Assembly: GCA_964016885.1 (NCBI GenBank)
Contig: OZ024741.1
Coordinates: forward strand, 3,658,001 to 3,722,000
Reading direction: 5' to 3'
DNA: 64,000 nucleotides
Origin: Eledone cirrhosa
Lineage: Eukaryota
The notes beneath the pieces are model-generated. The model did no database searches. It saw nothing but the letters and a program-made list of their open reading frames with translations, and was not told the DNA's origin. Positions 10,957 to 24,883 of this stretch are shown here, piece after piece. The translations under genes and the position numbers were made by a program. Position 1 is the first letter of the stretch. Every line of letters begins with the position of its first letter.

Positions 10957-13900
10957 CTGTATAAGTACAACAGCATGTATATATGTGTGTATATAATAGC
11001 ATGTATATATATGTGTGTATAAGCAGGGAAGAGCGGACGTATGATGATGATGATGATAATAGCATATATATACATATTGTGTGTGTGAATATACTAAGGC
11101 CATGTGGTTAAAATGTCTCAGGAAAGAATCACTGGACAGATTTTACAGGCAAAACCAACCGGCAGAAGACCCAGGGTTAGACTTCAAGCAAGATAGTTGG
11201 ATAACATCCACAAGCTTGGCTGGTCACCTTAGGCATCCAGCCGGATCAGTTGGAGATGGTTGCTTCTGACAGGACCCACTGGAAGGAGTGTCTGAGGAAT
11301 CTGCCCCCTCTCAGGAAAAAGGGGTGAAGAATAAGAATGGTTTACATCCTATCCCAGCATTGCTAGTGTGAAGTATGATCTTTTTTGAGGAGGGGTAAAA
11401 AGATTTTAACAGTTGTAATCTTTCTACTATTAACATGGTCCTGTAACTCCTGAGGAAGTCGTAGGGGTGCTGGGTTGATATACAGCGTTTCTAGGGATTT
11501 TTAAACCTGGCAGAGCCCATCTCCTCTTCAGGGCTAAATACAGAGAGATTAAGAGATTGGAAGCGAGAATGAAATATAGAGGAAGATTTGACCCTAGTGC
11601 TTGACTGATACTTTTTTATCGGCCTTGAATGGACGAAAGTAAAGTTGACCTCGGCAGGATTTGAAGTCAGAGGGCAGAGAGCCGAAATAAATAACACAAA
11701 GCATTCTACCAACGTTCTAACAACTGTACCAATTGACCACCTATCTTCTGTTAACAAATAGGAAACGTCATTTCGTCATCACCATACAGAGTTATCTACC
11801 TTGTTCAAAGATAAGTAGCAGTAGTAGTATTAAGATTTGCAGATGACCATGTGGCCAAGTTTGCTATGTTAACCACACAGCCATTATTCTTTAACATATT
11901 GTCTGAGATTGATACCCTTTCATTAACATATTTCTAATGAAAGACACTGTCTATGTCATTAACCCTTTCATTACCGTATTTCTAATAAAAGACACTGTCT
12001 ATGTCATTAACCCTTTCATTACCATATTTCTAATGAAAGACACTGGCTATGTCATTAACCCTTTCATTACCGTATTTCTAATAAAAGACACTGTCTATGT
12101 CATTAACCCTTTATAAAAGACACTGTCTATGTCATTAACCCTTTCATTACCGTATTTCTAATAAAAGACACTGTCTATGTCATTAACCCTTTCATTAACA
12201 TATTTCTAATGAAAGACACTGTCTATGTCATTAACCCTTTCATTACCGTATTTCTAATAAAAGACACTGTCTATGTCATTAACCCATTCATTACCATATT
12301 TCTAATGAAAGACACTGGCTATGTCATTAACCCTTTCATTTCCATATTTCTAATGAAAGACACTGTCTATGTCATTAACCCTTTCATTTCCATATTTCTA
12401 ATGAAAGACACTGTCTATGTGATTAACCCTTCCATTACAGTATTTCTAATAAAATACAGTCTATGTCATTAACCCTTTCAATACCATATTTCTAATGAGA
12501 GACACTGTCTATGTCATTAACCCTTTCATTTCCATATTTCTAATGAAAGATAGTCTATGTCATTAACCCTTTCATTTCCATATTTCTAATTAAAGACACT
12601 GTCTATGTCATTAACCCTTTCATTACCGTATTTCTAATAAAAGACACTGTCTATGTCATTAACCCTTTCAATACCATATTTCTAATGAGAGACGCTGTCT
12701 ATGTCATTAACCCTTTCATTACCATATTTCTAATAAAAGACACTGTCTATGTCATTAACCCTTTCAATACCATATTTCTAATAAAAGACACTGTCTATGT
12801 CATTAACCCTTTCATTACCATATTTCTAATGAAAGACACTGTCTATGTCATTAACCCTTTCATAACCATATTTCTAATGAAAGACACTGTCTCTGTCATT
12901 AACCCTTTCATTACGATATTTCTAACAAAAGACACTGTCTATGCCATTAACCCTTACATTACTGTATTTCAAATGAAAGACAGTCTATGTCATTAACCCT
13001 TTCATTACCGTATTTCTAATGAAAGACACTGTCTATGTCATGAACCCTTTCATTACCATATTTTTAATGAAAGACACTGGCTATGTCATTAACCCTTTCA
13101 TTTCCATATTTCTAATGAAAGACACTGTCTATGTCATTAACCCTTTCATTACCATATTTCTAATGAAAGACACTGTCTATGTGATTAACCCTTCCATTAC
13201 AGTATTTCTAATAAAAGAGACTGTCTATGTCATTAACCCTTTCACTTCCATATTTCTAATGAAAGACACTGTCTATGTGATTAACCCTTTCATTACCATA
13301 TTTCTAATAAAAGACACTGTCTATGTCATTAACCCTTTCAATACCATATTTCTAATAAAAGACACTGTCTATGTCATTAACCCTTTCATTAGCATATTTC
13401 TAATGAAAGACACTATCTATGTCATTAAACCTTTCATTACCATATTTCTAATGAAAGACACTGTCTTTGTCATTAACCCTTTCATTACCATATTTCTAAT
13501 GAAAGACACTACCTATGTCATTAACCCTTTCAATACCATATTTCTAATGAAAGACACTCCCTATGTCATTAAACCTTTCATTACCATATTTCGAATAAAA
13601 GACACTGTCTATGTCATTAACCCTTTCATTACCATATTACTAATGAAAGACACTGTCTATGTCATTAACCCTTTCATTACCATATTTCTAATAAAAGACA
13701 CTGCCTATGTCATTAACCCTTTCATTACCATATTTCTAATGAAAGACACTGTCTATGTCATTAACCCTTTCATTACCATATTTCTTATGAAAGACACTAC
13801 CTATGTCATTAACCCTTTCAATACCATATTTCTAATGAAAGACATTACCTATGTCATTAAACCTTTCATTACCATATTTCTAATGAAAGACACTGCTAAC

Positions 13901-16900
13901 CCTTTCATTACCATATTTCTAATAAAAGACACTGTCTATGTCATTAACGCTTTCATTTCCATATCGTGTAGGTGTCACGACAAAAAAACACACAGTCCAC
14001 GCTGTAATGTGGCCGTGTAGGCAACACGCTAAAAACCTCCCAGTCCCACACTGTAAATGTGGTTGGTGTTAGGAAGGGCATCCAGCTGTAGAAAACCCGC
14101 CAGACAGTCCTATGCGAGCAAGGAACCACTCTTGCCTCAAGTGGGAAAACTCCCGTCCAAACCCATGCAAGCGTGGAACATGGACATTAAACGATGATGG
14201 TGATGATGATGATTTCTAATGAAAGACACTACCTATGTCATTAAACCTTTCATTAACATATTTCTAATGAAAGACACAGTCTATGTCATTAACCCTTCCA
14301 TTACTGTATTTCAAATGAAAGACATTCTATGTCATTAACCCTTTCATTTCAATATTTCTAATAAAAGACACTGTCTATGTCCTTAACCCTTTCATTACCA
14401 TATAACTAATGAAAGACACTGTCTATGTCATTAACCCTTTAATTACCGTATTTCTAATGAAAGACACTACCTATGTCATTAATCCTTTCAATACCATATT
14501 TCTAATGAAAGACACTACCTATGTAATTAAACCTTTCATTACCATATTTCTAATAAAAGACACTGTCTATGTCATTAACCCTTTCATTACCATATTTCTA
14601 ATGAAAGACACTGTCTACGTCATTAAACCTTTCATTACCATGTTTCTAATGAAAGACACTACCTATGTCATTAACCCTTTAAATACCATATTTCTAAGGA
14701 AAGACATTACCTATGTCATTAACCCTTTCATTACCATATTTATAATGAAAGACACTACCTATGTCATTAACACTTTCAATACCATATTTCTAATTAAAGA
14801 CACTACCTATGTCATTAAACCTTTCATTACCATATTTCTAATAAAAGACACTGTCTACGTCATTAAACCTTTCATTACCATATTTCTAATGAAAGACACT
14901 ACATATGTCATTAACCCTTTCAATACCATATTTCTAATGAAAGACACTACCTACGTCATTAAACCTTTCATTACCATATTTCTAATAAAAGACACTCTCT
15001 ATGTCATTAACCCTTTCATTACTATATTTCTAATGATAGACACTGTCAATGTCCTTAACCCTTTCATTATCATATTTCTAATGTAAGACACTACCTATGT
15101 CATTAACCCTTTCAATACCATATTTCTAATGAAAGACACAGTCTATGTCATTAACCCTTTCATTACCATATTACTAATGAAAGACACTGTCTATGTCATT
15201 AACCCTTTCATTACCATATTTCTAATAAAAGACACTGTCTATGTCATTAACCCTTTCATTACCATATTTCTAATGAAAGACACTGTCTATGTCATTAACC
15301 CTTTCATTACCATATTTCTAATGAAAGACACTACCTATGTCATTAACCCTTTCAATACCATATTTCTAATGAAAGACATTAACTATGTCATTAAACCTTT
15401 CATTACCATATTTCTAATGAAAGACACTGTCTATGTCATTAACCCTTTCATTTCCATATCGTGTAGGTGTCACGACAAAAAAACACACAGTCCACGCTGT
15501 AATGTGGCCGTGTAGGCAACACGGTAAAAACCTCCCAGTCCCACACTGTAAATGTGGTTGGTGTTAGGAAGGGCATCCAGCTGTAGAAAACCGGCCAGAC
15601 AGTCCTATGCGAGCAAGACAACCACTCTTGCCTCAAGTGGGAAAACTCCCGTCCAAACCCATGCAAGCGTGGAACATGGACGTTAAACAATGATGATGAT
15701 GATGATGATGATTTCTAATGAAAGACACTACCTATGTCATTAACCCTTTCATTACCATATTTCTAATGAAAGACACTGTCTATGTCATTAAACCTTTCAT
15801 TACCATATTTCTAATAAAAGACACTGTCTATGTCATTAACCCTTTCATTACCATATTTCTAATGAAAGACACTGTCTATGTCCTTAACCCTTTCATCACC
15901 ATATTTCTAATGAAAGACACTACCTATGTCATTAACCCTTTCAATACCATATTTCTAATGAAAGACACTACATATGTCATTAAACCTTTCATTACCATAT
16001 GTCTTATGAAAGACACTACCTATGTCATTAACCCTTTCAATACCATATTTCTAATGAAAGACATTACCTGTCATTAAACCTTTCATTACCATATTTCTAA
16101 TGAAAGACACTGCTAACCCTTTCATTACCATATTTCTAATAAAAGACACTGTCCATGTCATTGACCCTTTCATTTCCATATCGTGTAGGTGTCACGACAA
16201 AAAGACACACAGTCCACGCTGTAATGTGGCCGTGTAGGCAACACGGTAAAAACCTCCCAGTCCCACACTGTAAATGTGGTACGTGTTAGGAAGGGCATCC
16301 AGCTGTAGAAAACCCCCAGACAGTCCAATGCGAGCAAGACAACCACTCTTGCCTCAAGTGGGAAAACTCCCGTCCAAACCCATGCAAGCGTGGAACATGG
16401 ACATTAAACGATGATGATGATGATGATGATGATGATTTCTAATGAAAGACACTGTCTATGTCATTAACCCATTCATTACCATATTTCTTATGAAAGACAC
16501 TACCTATGTCATTAACCCTTTCAATACCATATTTCTAATGAAAGACATTACCTATGTCATTAAACCTTTCATTACCATATTTCTAATGAAAGACACTGCT
16601 AACCCTTTCATTACCATATTTCTAATAAAAGACACTGTCTATGTCATTGACCCTTTCATTTCCATATCGTGTAGGTGTCACGACAAAAAAACACACAGTC
16701 CACGCTGTAATGTGGCCGTGTAGGCAACACGCTAAAAACCTCCCAGTCCCACACTGTAAATGTGGTACATGTTAGGAAGGGCATCCAGCTGTAGAAAACC
16801 CGCCAGACAGTCCAATGCGAGCAAGACAACCACTCTTGCCTCAAGTGGGAAAACTCCCGTCCAAACCCATGCAAGCGTGGAACATGGACATTAAACGATG

Positions 16901-17580
16901 ATGATGATGATGATGATGATTTCTAATGAAAGACACTACCTATGTCATTAAACCTTTCATTACCATATTTCTAATGAAAGACACAGTCTATGTCATTAAC
17001 CCTTCCATTACTGTATTTCAAATGAAAGACATTCCATGTCATTAACCCTTTCATTTCAATATTTCTAATAAAAGACACTGTCTATGTCCTTAACCCTTTC
17101 ATTACCATATTTCTAATGAAAGACACTGTCTATGTCATTAACCCTTTAATTACTATATTTCTAATAAAAGACACTGTCTATGTCATTAACTCTTTCATTA
17201 CCATATTTCTAATGAAAGACACTGTCTATGTCCTTAACCCTTTCATTACCATATTTCTAATGAAAGACACTACCTATGTCATTAACCCTTTCAATACCAT
17301 ATTTCTAATGAAAGACACTACCTATGTCATTAAACCTTTCATTACCATATTCCTAATAAAAGACACTGTCTGTGTCATTAACCCTTTCATTACCATATTT
17401 CTAATGAAAGACACTGTCTATGTCCTTAACCCTTTCATTACCATATTTCTAATGAAAGACACTACCTATGTCATTAACCCTTTCAATACCATATTTCTAA
17501 TGAAAGACACTACCTATGTCATTAACCCTTTCATTACAATATTTCTAATAAAAGACACTGTCTATGTCATTAACCCTTTC

Positions 17581-20558
17581 ATCATCATCATCATCATCAC
17601 CGTTTTACGTCCGTTCTTCCACGCTAGCATGGGTTAGACGGGTTGTCCTGTTGTGGGCAGTGTCTGGTCGGCTGACCATGCCTTGCTCATACAGGAACTG
17701 ATCTGGCTTGATTTCTACAGCTGGATGCCCTTCCTAACACCAACCTCATTTACAGTGAGTGCTGGGTGCTTTTTCGTGGCGCCTACACGTCCACTTTACA
17801 GTGTGGGCTGGGTGCTTTTTTGCCGTGGCACCTCCACGACCACCTTGCGGTGGGGGTGGGGGGGGGGGGGGGGGGGGCATATTGTTTATATGCTTCAGCA
17901 TGTACCCATGGGAGGTCGGGTACCCTGTATTACTGCGTGACGCCAGAAGTCACGGTCGTGTGTCATTGACTTTGAGAGGTGTAGTTGGGTAAGGTCGGCT
18001 TTTATCACCTCATCCCAAGTCATCTTGGGTCTCCCCACTCCGCGGTTTCCATCAACTTCTAGTGCTCTGCACCTTTTTATGCAGCTGTCATCCTTCATAC
18101 GCATCACATGTCCATACCAGCGTAACCGCCTCTCCTGCACGCAGCATTTGATTCCTCTTATGCTCAGTCTCTCTCTCAATTCATTTATGCTTTGTCGTTC
18201 ACGTATATTACTGTTACACATCCATCGGAGCATGCAGGCTTCGTTTCTCTCTAATCTACGTAAGTCTTCCACCTTCAGCGCCCAGGTCTCACTACCATGC
18301 AACATCGCTGTTCGGATACACGCATCATACAGTCTGCCTTTCATTCTGAGGGAGAAGCCTTTTGCAGCTAGCAGTGGTAGTAGTTCCCTAAACTTCTTCC
18401 ATCCCGTTCTTACCCTAGTTATTGTACTTTCTGAGCACCCACCTCCGTTGCTAATTCGGTCACCTAGGTAGCAGAAGCTGTCTACTGTTTCTACAGGGCC
18501 CTCCCAGAGATTGGTGGTACTTGTTTCCTGTGGCTGTTTGCTTGCTGTTTCAGCACAGCTGCTGCATGTGAATCCTACATTCTTAATTAAGCTTCCTGAG
18601 ATCCCGCTACATCTCTTGTGTACCCATTGTTTGCATTTGGGGCAAAGAATGGAGTTCCTACCTACACCTTTCCTACATACTGAGCAAGGCCATTTCCCTG
18701 AGGGGATCTGGGTTCTGTTTTCTCGTCTACTTATAAGGACCTTAGTCTTTGTCATGTTGACTTTGAGGCCCTTTCTCTCTAGTCCCTGCTTCCAGGTTTG
18801 GAATTTATTCTCTAGTTCTACCATAGATTCAGCTATGAGTGCGAGGTCATCAGCATACAGGAGTTCCCATGGGCATCCGGTCTTAAACTCCTCCGTTATT
18901 GCCTGCAGGACTATGATGAACAGGAGAGGGCTAAGAACAGAGCCCTGGTGGACCCCAACCTGTACGCTAAATTCCTCGCTATACTCATTGCCAATCCTAA
19001 CTTTGCTGACTGCTCCCCTATACATGGCTTGTACCGCTTTCACAAGCCATTCATCTACTCCTAGTTTTCTAAGAGCCCACCAGATTACTGCACGTGGAAC
19101 TCTGTCAAAGGCTTTCTCAAGGTCGACAAATGCCAAGTAGAGTGGCTTACTTTTAGCTAGGTACTTTTCCTGTAATTGCCTCACAAGGAAGAGCGCATCA
19201 GTGGTGCCTTTCCCTGGAACAAACCCAAATTGCATCTCGTCTATATTCACCCGGTCCCTAATCAGCTGTGCTATAACTCTTTCTGTTACTTTCATGACCT
19301 GGTCCATCAACTTTATACCTCTATAGTTTCCTCTATCTAGTGCATCGCCTTTACCTTTGTAGCAGTTGACAATGATGCTACTGCACCAATCTTTTGGTAT
19401 GGCCCCCTCTAGTATTACCTGGTTAACGATACGTGTGGTTATAGTGTGACCTACAGACCCAGATGCCTTCAGCATCTCGGCAGCTATACCCGATGGACCG
19501 GTTGCCTTCCCTATCTTCATATCTCTGATTGCCTTACTTACTACGCTGCCGCTGACTTGTACTGCTGGTCCCTCTATAGGGTCTACGTGGGGTAGGGTCT
19601 CTTCTTCCCATGCATTCTCCTCATTTAGTAATCTATCATAATGACTCTTCCATGCATCTTTCTTCTCAGCACTTGTGAGGGCAAGCTCACCTTTATCATT
19701 CCGGATACACTTCTCTCCAATGACATCACAACTATCTCTGACACACTGCCTCGCAATCTTGAATACCTCCTGTTTCTGGTCCTCACGTTGTAAAACATGC
19801 TTGAATTTTCTATCCTCTGCTTCCCTCCTAGCTAAGTATACTTGTCGCCTAGCTTCCCTCTTGGTCTCTATGTAATGTACCCTGCTCCCCCCGTTCTTCC
19901 ATTCTTTCCATGCCTGTCTCTTGGCCTTGACTGCTTCATCTACCTTATTGTTCCACCACCAAGTCACTCTCCTCCTGCTTGAGGTCTTACTCCAGCCACA
20001 AACCTCATCCGTCGCCTCTAGTAAGTTATTTTTTAGGAACTCCCAGTTCTCTTCTACGTTAAATGTCTCTATCTGTTCTTCTTTACTGTCGTAGGCGTTG
20101 AGTAAAATATCTTTAAATCTGTTACTGGTTGGGGGGACTTTCAGCTTCCAGATCTTTCTTCTCCAGGTTGGCCTCTGTTTCAGGGCTCGTCTAGTTCTGA
20201 CCGTGAGGTCGCTGACAACTAAGCTATGTTGGGATGTACATTCCTCACTAGGGAAGGCTTTTGTGTTTACGACCGTCCATCTGTCACGTCCTCTGATGAG
20301 GATAAAATCTAACTGACTAGAGTGCTCCCCTGATCTATAGGTGATCAGGTGGTTGTCGGGTTTTTTAAAGTTTGTGTTACATATCGACATGTCATTGGCG
20401 TCGCAGAATTCTAGAAGTCTGAATCCTTCCTCATTCCTTGTGCCAACTCCATGGCCTCCATGTACTCTATTGAAGCCGTCGCAGTGTTTACCTACGTGTC
20501 CGTTAAAATCTCCTGCAATGATTAGGAAGTCCTTGTCGTCTGTTAGAGCAGTAGTGTT
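17581..20558 (-). mobile_element. 5'-truncated RTE LINE (subfamily B) with an uninterrupted reading frame
   Basis: (ATC)n tail at 17581, 3' UTR, and an ORF open up to the truncation point in mid-endonuclease; satellite on both sides. Confidence 0.95.
17895..20390 (-). CDS. RTE ORF (partial APE endonuclease, reverse transcriptase, PHD-type finger); frame stays open upstream to about 20558
   Basis: IIAGDFNGHVG upstream of the listed Met; SQLDFIL, NYRGIKL, QFGF, FVDLEKAFDRV, GVHQGSVLSPLLF, LLYADDL, FCYLG, RLRWYGHVMRM. Confidence 0.93.
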   Translation of the reverse strand: MSICNTNFKKPDNHLITYRSGEHSSQLDFILIRGRDRWTVVNTKAFPSEECTSQHSLVVSDLTVRTRRALKQRPTWRRKIWKLKVPPTSNRFKDILLNAYDSKEEQIETFNVEENWEFLKNNLLEATDEVCGWSKTSSRRRVTWWWNNKVDEAVKAKRQAWKEWKNGGSRVHYIETKREARRQVYLARREAEDRKFKHVLQREDQKQEVFKIARQCVRDSCDVIGEKCIRNDKGELALTSAEKKDAWKSHYDRLLNEENAWEEETLPHVDPIEGPAVQVSGSVVSKAIRDMKIGKATGPSGIAAEMLKASGSVGHTITTRIVNQVILEGAIPKDWCSSIIVNCYKGKGDALDRGNYRGIKLMDQVMKVTERVIAQLIRDRVNIDEMQFGFVPGKGTTDALFLVRQLQEKYLAKSKPLYLAFVDLEKAFDRVPRAVIWWALRKLGVDEWLVKAVQAMYRGAVSKVRIGNEYSEEFSVQVGVHQGSVLSPLLFIIVLQAITEEFKTGCPWELLYADDLALIAESMVELENKFQTWKQGLERKGLKVNMTKTKVLISRRENRTQIPSGKWPCSVCRKGVGRNSILCPKCKQWVHKRCSGISGSLIKNVGFTCSSCAETASKQPQETSTTNLWEGPVETVDSFCYLGDRISNGGGCSESTITRVRTGWKKFRELLPLLAAKGFSLRMKGRLYDACIRTAMLHGSETWALKVEDLRRLERNEACMLRWMCNSNIRERQSINELRERLSIRGIKCCVQERRLRWYGHVMRMKDDSCIKRCRALEVDGNRGVGRPKMTWDEVIKADLTQLHLSKSMTHDRDFWRHAVIQGTRPPMGTC

Positions 20559-23439
20559 TAATTACCGTATTTCTAATGAAAGACACTACCTATGTCATTA
20601 ACCCTTTCAATACCATATTTCTAATGAAAGACACTACCTATGTCATTAAACCTTTCATTACTATATTTCTAATAAAAGACACTGTCTATGTCATTAACTC
20701 TTTCATTACCATATTTCTAATGAAAGACACTGTCTATGTCCTTAACCCTTTCATTACCATATTTCTAATGAAAGACACTACCTATGTCATTAACCCTTTC
20801 AATACCATATTTCTAATGAAAGACACTACCTATGTCATTAAACCTATCATTACCATATTTCTAATAAAAGACACTGTCTATGTCATTAAACCTTTCATTA
20901 CCATATTTCTAATGAATGACACTACCTATGTCATTAACCCTTTCATTACCATATTTCTAATGAAAGACACTATCTATGTCATTAAACCTTTCATTACCAT
21001 ATTTCTAATAAAAGACACTGTCTATGTCATTAAACCTTTCATTACCATATTTCTAATGAAAGACACTACCTATGTCATTAACCCTTTCATTACCATATTT
21101 CTAATGAAAGACGCTACCTATGTCATTAAACCTTTCATTACCATATTTCTAATAAAAGACACTGTCTACATCATTAAACCTTTCATTACCATATTTCTAA
21201 TGAAAGACACTACCTATGTCATTAACCCTTTCAATACCATATATCTAACGAAAGACACTGCCTATGTCATTAACCCTTTCATAACCATATTTCTAATAAA
21301 AGACACTGTCTATGTCATTAACCCTTTCATTTCCATATCGTGTAGGTGTCACAACAAAAAAACACACAGTCCATACTGTAATGTGGCCGTATAAGCAACA
21401 GGGTAAAAACCTCCCAGTCCCACACTGCAAATGTGGTTGGTGTTAGGAAGGGCATGCAGCTGTAGAAAACCCGCCAGACAGTCCTATGCGAGCAAGACAA
21501 CCACTCTTGCCTCAAGTGGGAAAACTCCCGTCTAAACCTATGCAAGCGTGGAACATGGACGTTAAATGATGATGATGATGATGATTTCTAATGAAAGACA
21601 CTGTCTATGTCATTAACCCTTTCATTACCATATTTCTAATGAAAGACACAGTCTATGTCATTAACCCTTTCATTACCATATTTCTAATGAAAGACACTGT
21701 CTATGTCATTAAACCTTTCATTACTGTATTTCAAATGAAAGACAGTCTATGTCATTAACCCTTTCATTTCCATATTTCTAATAAAAGACACTGTCTATGT
21801 CACAAACCCTTTCATTACCATATTTCTAATGAAAGACACAGTCTATGTCCTTAAACCTTTCATTACCATATTTCTAATGAAAGACATTGTCTATGTCATT
21901 AAACCTTTCATTACCGTATTTCTAATAAAAGACACTGACTACGTCATTAACCCTTTCATTACCATATTTCTAATGAAAGACACTACCTATGTCATTAACC
22001 CTTTCAATACCATATTTCTAATGAAAGACACTACCTATGTCATTAAACCTTTCATTACCATATTTCTAATAAAAGACACTGTCTATGTCATTAAACCTTT
22101 CATTACCATATTTCTAATGAAAGACACTACCTACGTCATTAACCCTTTCATTACCATATTTCTAATGAAAGACACTACCTATGTCATTAACCCTTTCAAT
22201 ACCATATTTCTAATGAAAGACACTCCCTATGTCATTAAACCTTTCATTACCATATTTCGAATAAAAGACACTGTCTATGTCATTAACCCTTTCATTACCA
22301 TATTTCTAATGAAAGACACTGTCTATGTCCTTAACCCCTACATTATCATATTTCTAATGTAAGACACTACCTATGTCATTAACCCTTTCAATACCATATT
22401 TCTATATTTCTAATGAAAGACATTACATATGTCAATAAACCTTTCATTACCATATTTCTAATGAAAGACACTGCTAACCCTTTCATTACCATATTTCTAA
22501 TAAAAGACACTGCCTATGTCATTAAACCTTTCATTACCATATTTCTAATGAAAGACACAGTCTATGTCATTAACCCTTCCATTACTGTATTTCAGATGAA
22601 AGACATTCTGTCATTAACCCTTTCATTTCAATATTTCTAATAAAAGAAACTGTCTATGTCCTTAACCCTTTCATTACCATATTTCTAATGAAAGACACTG
22701 TCTATGTCATTAACCCTTTAATTACCGTATTTCTAATGAAAGACACTACCTATGTCATTAAACCTTTCATTACCATATTTCTAATAAAAGACACTGTCTA
22801 TGTCATTAACCCTTTCATTACCATATTTCTAATGAAAGACACTGTCTATGTCCTTAACCCTTTCATTACCATATTTCTAATGAAAGACACTACCTATGTC
22901 ATTAACCCTTTCAATACCATATTTCTAATGAAAGACACTACCTATGTCATTAAACCTTTCATTACCATATTTCTAATAAAAGACACTGACTATGTCATTA
23001 AACCTTTCATTACCATATTTCTAATGAAAGACACTACTATGTCATTAACCCGTTCATTACCATATTTCTAATGAAAGACGCTACCTATGTCATTAAACCT
23101 TTCATTACCATATTTCTAATAAAAGACACTGTCTATGTCATTAACCCTTTCATTACCATATTTTTAATGAAAGACACTGTCTATGTCATTAACCCTTTCA
23201 TTACCATATTTCTAATGAAAGACACTACCTATGTCATTAAACCTTTAAATACCATATTTCTAAGGAAAGACGTTACCTATGTCATTAACCCTTTCATTAC
23301 CATATTTCTAATGAAAGACACTGTCTATGTCCTGAACCCTTTCATTACCATATTTCTAATGAAAGACACTACCTATGTCATTAACCCTTTCAATACCATA
23401 TTTCTAATGAAAGACACTACCTATGTCATTAAACCTTTC

Positions 23440-23995
23440 ATCATCATCATCATCATCAACGTTTAACGTCCGTGTTCCACGCTTGCATGGGTTTGGATGG
23501 GGGTAGTCCCACTTGAGGCAAGAGTGATTGTCTTGCTCGCATAGGACTGTCTGGCAGGTTTTCTACAGTTGGATGCCCTTCCTAACACCAACCACATTTA
23601 CAGTGTGGGTCTGGGAGGTTTTTACCGTGTTGCCTACACGGCCACATTACAGCGTGGACTGTGTGTTTTTTTGTCGTGACACCTACACGATCTCATTTGT
23701 TTCGGCCTCGATGGCGCGGCACCAACATAACTTTACATAGAACGGGGTGGTGTGGATGGGGTGGGGTGGTGGTGGTGGGACGGGGTGTATTTTGTTAGCG
23801 ATGCCTACTGGCTGGAGTAGGTTTTACTATATATTTAGGCAAGGCGGGTCTTCTCTGTTACTGAGTACCGCCAAAGGTCTCGGTCCAGTGACATCGTCTT
23901 GGAGAGGTGTAAGTGTGTGATGTCGGAGTTTATCAGCTCGTCCCAGGTTTTTCTAGGTCTGCCTATTCCGTAACTACCGTCTATCTTTATTGCCC
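23440..23995 (-). mobile_element. Short 5'-truncated RTE LINE (subfamily A)
   Basis: (ATC)n tail, 3' UTR and the last ~55 codons; very similar to 44748-45280. Confidence 0.95.
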
Positions 23996-24883
23996 ATATT
24001 TCTAATAAAAGACACTGTCTATGTCATTAAACCTTTCATTACCATATTTCTAATGAAAGACACTACATATGTCATTAACCCTTTCATTACCATATTTCTA
24101 ATGAAAGACACTACCTATGTCATTAAACCTTTCATTACCATATTTCTAATAAAAGACACTGTCTATGTCATTAACCCTTTCATTACCATATTTCTAATGA
24201 AAGACACTGTCTACGTCATTAACCCTTTCAATACCATATTTCTAATGAAAGACACTACCTACGTCATTAAACCTTTCATTACCATATTTCTAATAAAAGA
24301 CACTGTCTATGTCATTAACCCTTTCATTACTATATTTCTAATGATAGACACTGTCTATGTCCTTAACCCTTTCATTATCATATTTCTAATGTAAGACACT
24401 ACCTATGTCATTAACCCTTTCAATACCATATTTCTAATGAAAGACACAGTCTATGTCATTAACCCTTTCATTACCATAGTACTAATAAAAGACACTGTCT
24501 ATGTCATTAACCCTTTCATTACCATATTTCTAATGAAAGACACTACCTATGTCATTAACCCTTTCATTACCATAGTACTAATAAAAGACACTGTCTATGT
24601 CATTAACCCTTTCATTACCATATTTCTAATGAAAGACACTGTCTATGTCATTAACCCTTTCATTACCATATTTCTAATGAAAGACACTACCTATGTCATT
24701 AACCCTTTCAATACCATATTTCTAATGAAAGACATTACCTATGTCATTAAACCTTTCATTACCATATTTCTAATGAAAGACACTGCCTATGTCATTAACC
24801 CTTTCATTACCATATTTCTAATAAAAGACACTGTCTATGTCATTAACCCTTTCATTACCATATTTCTAATGAAAGACACTGTC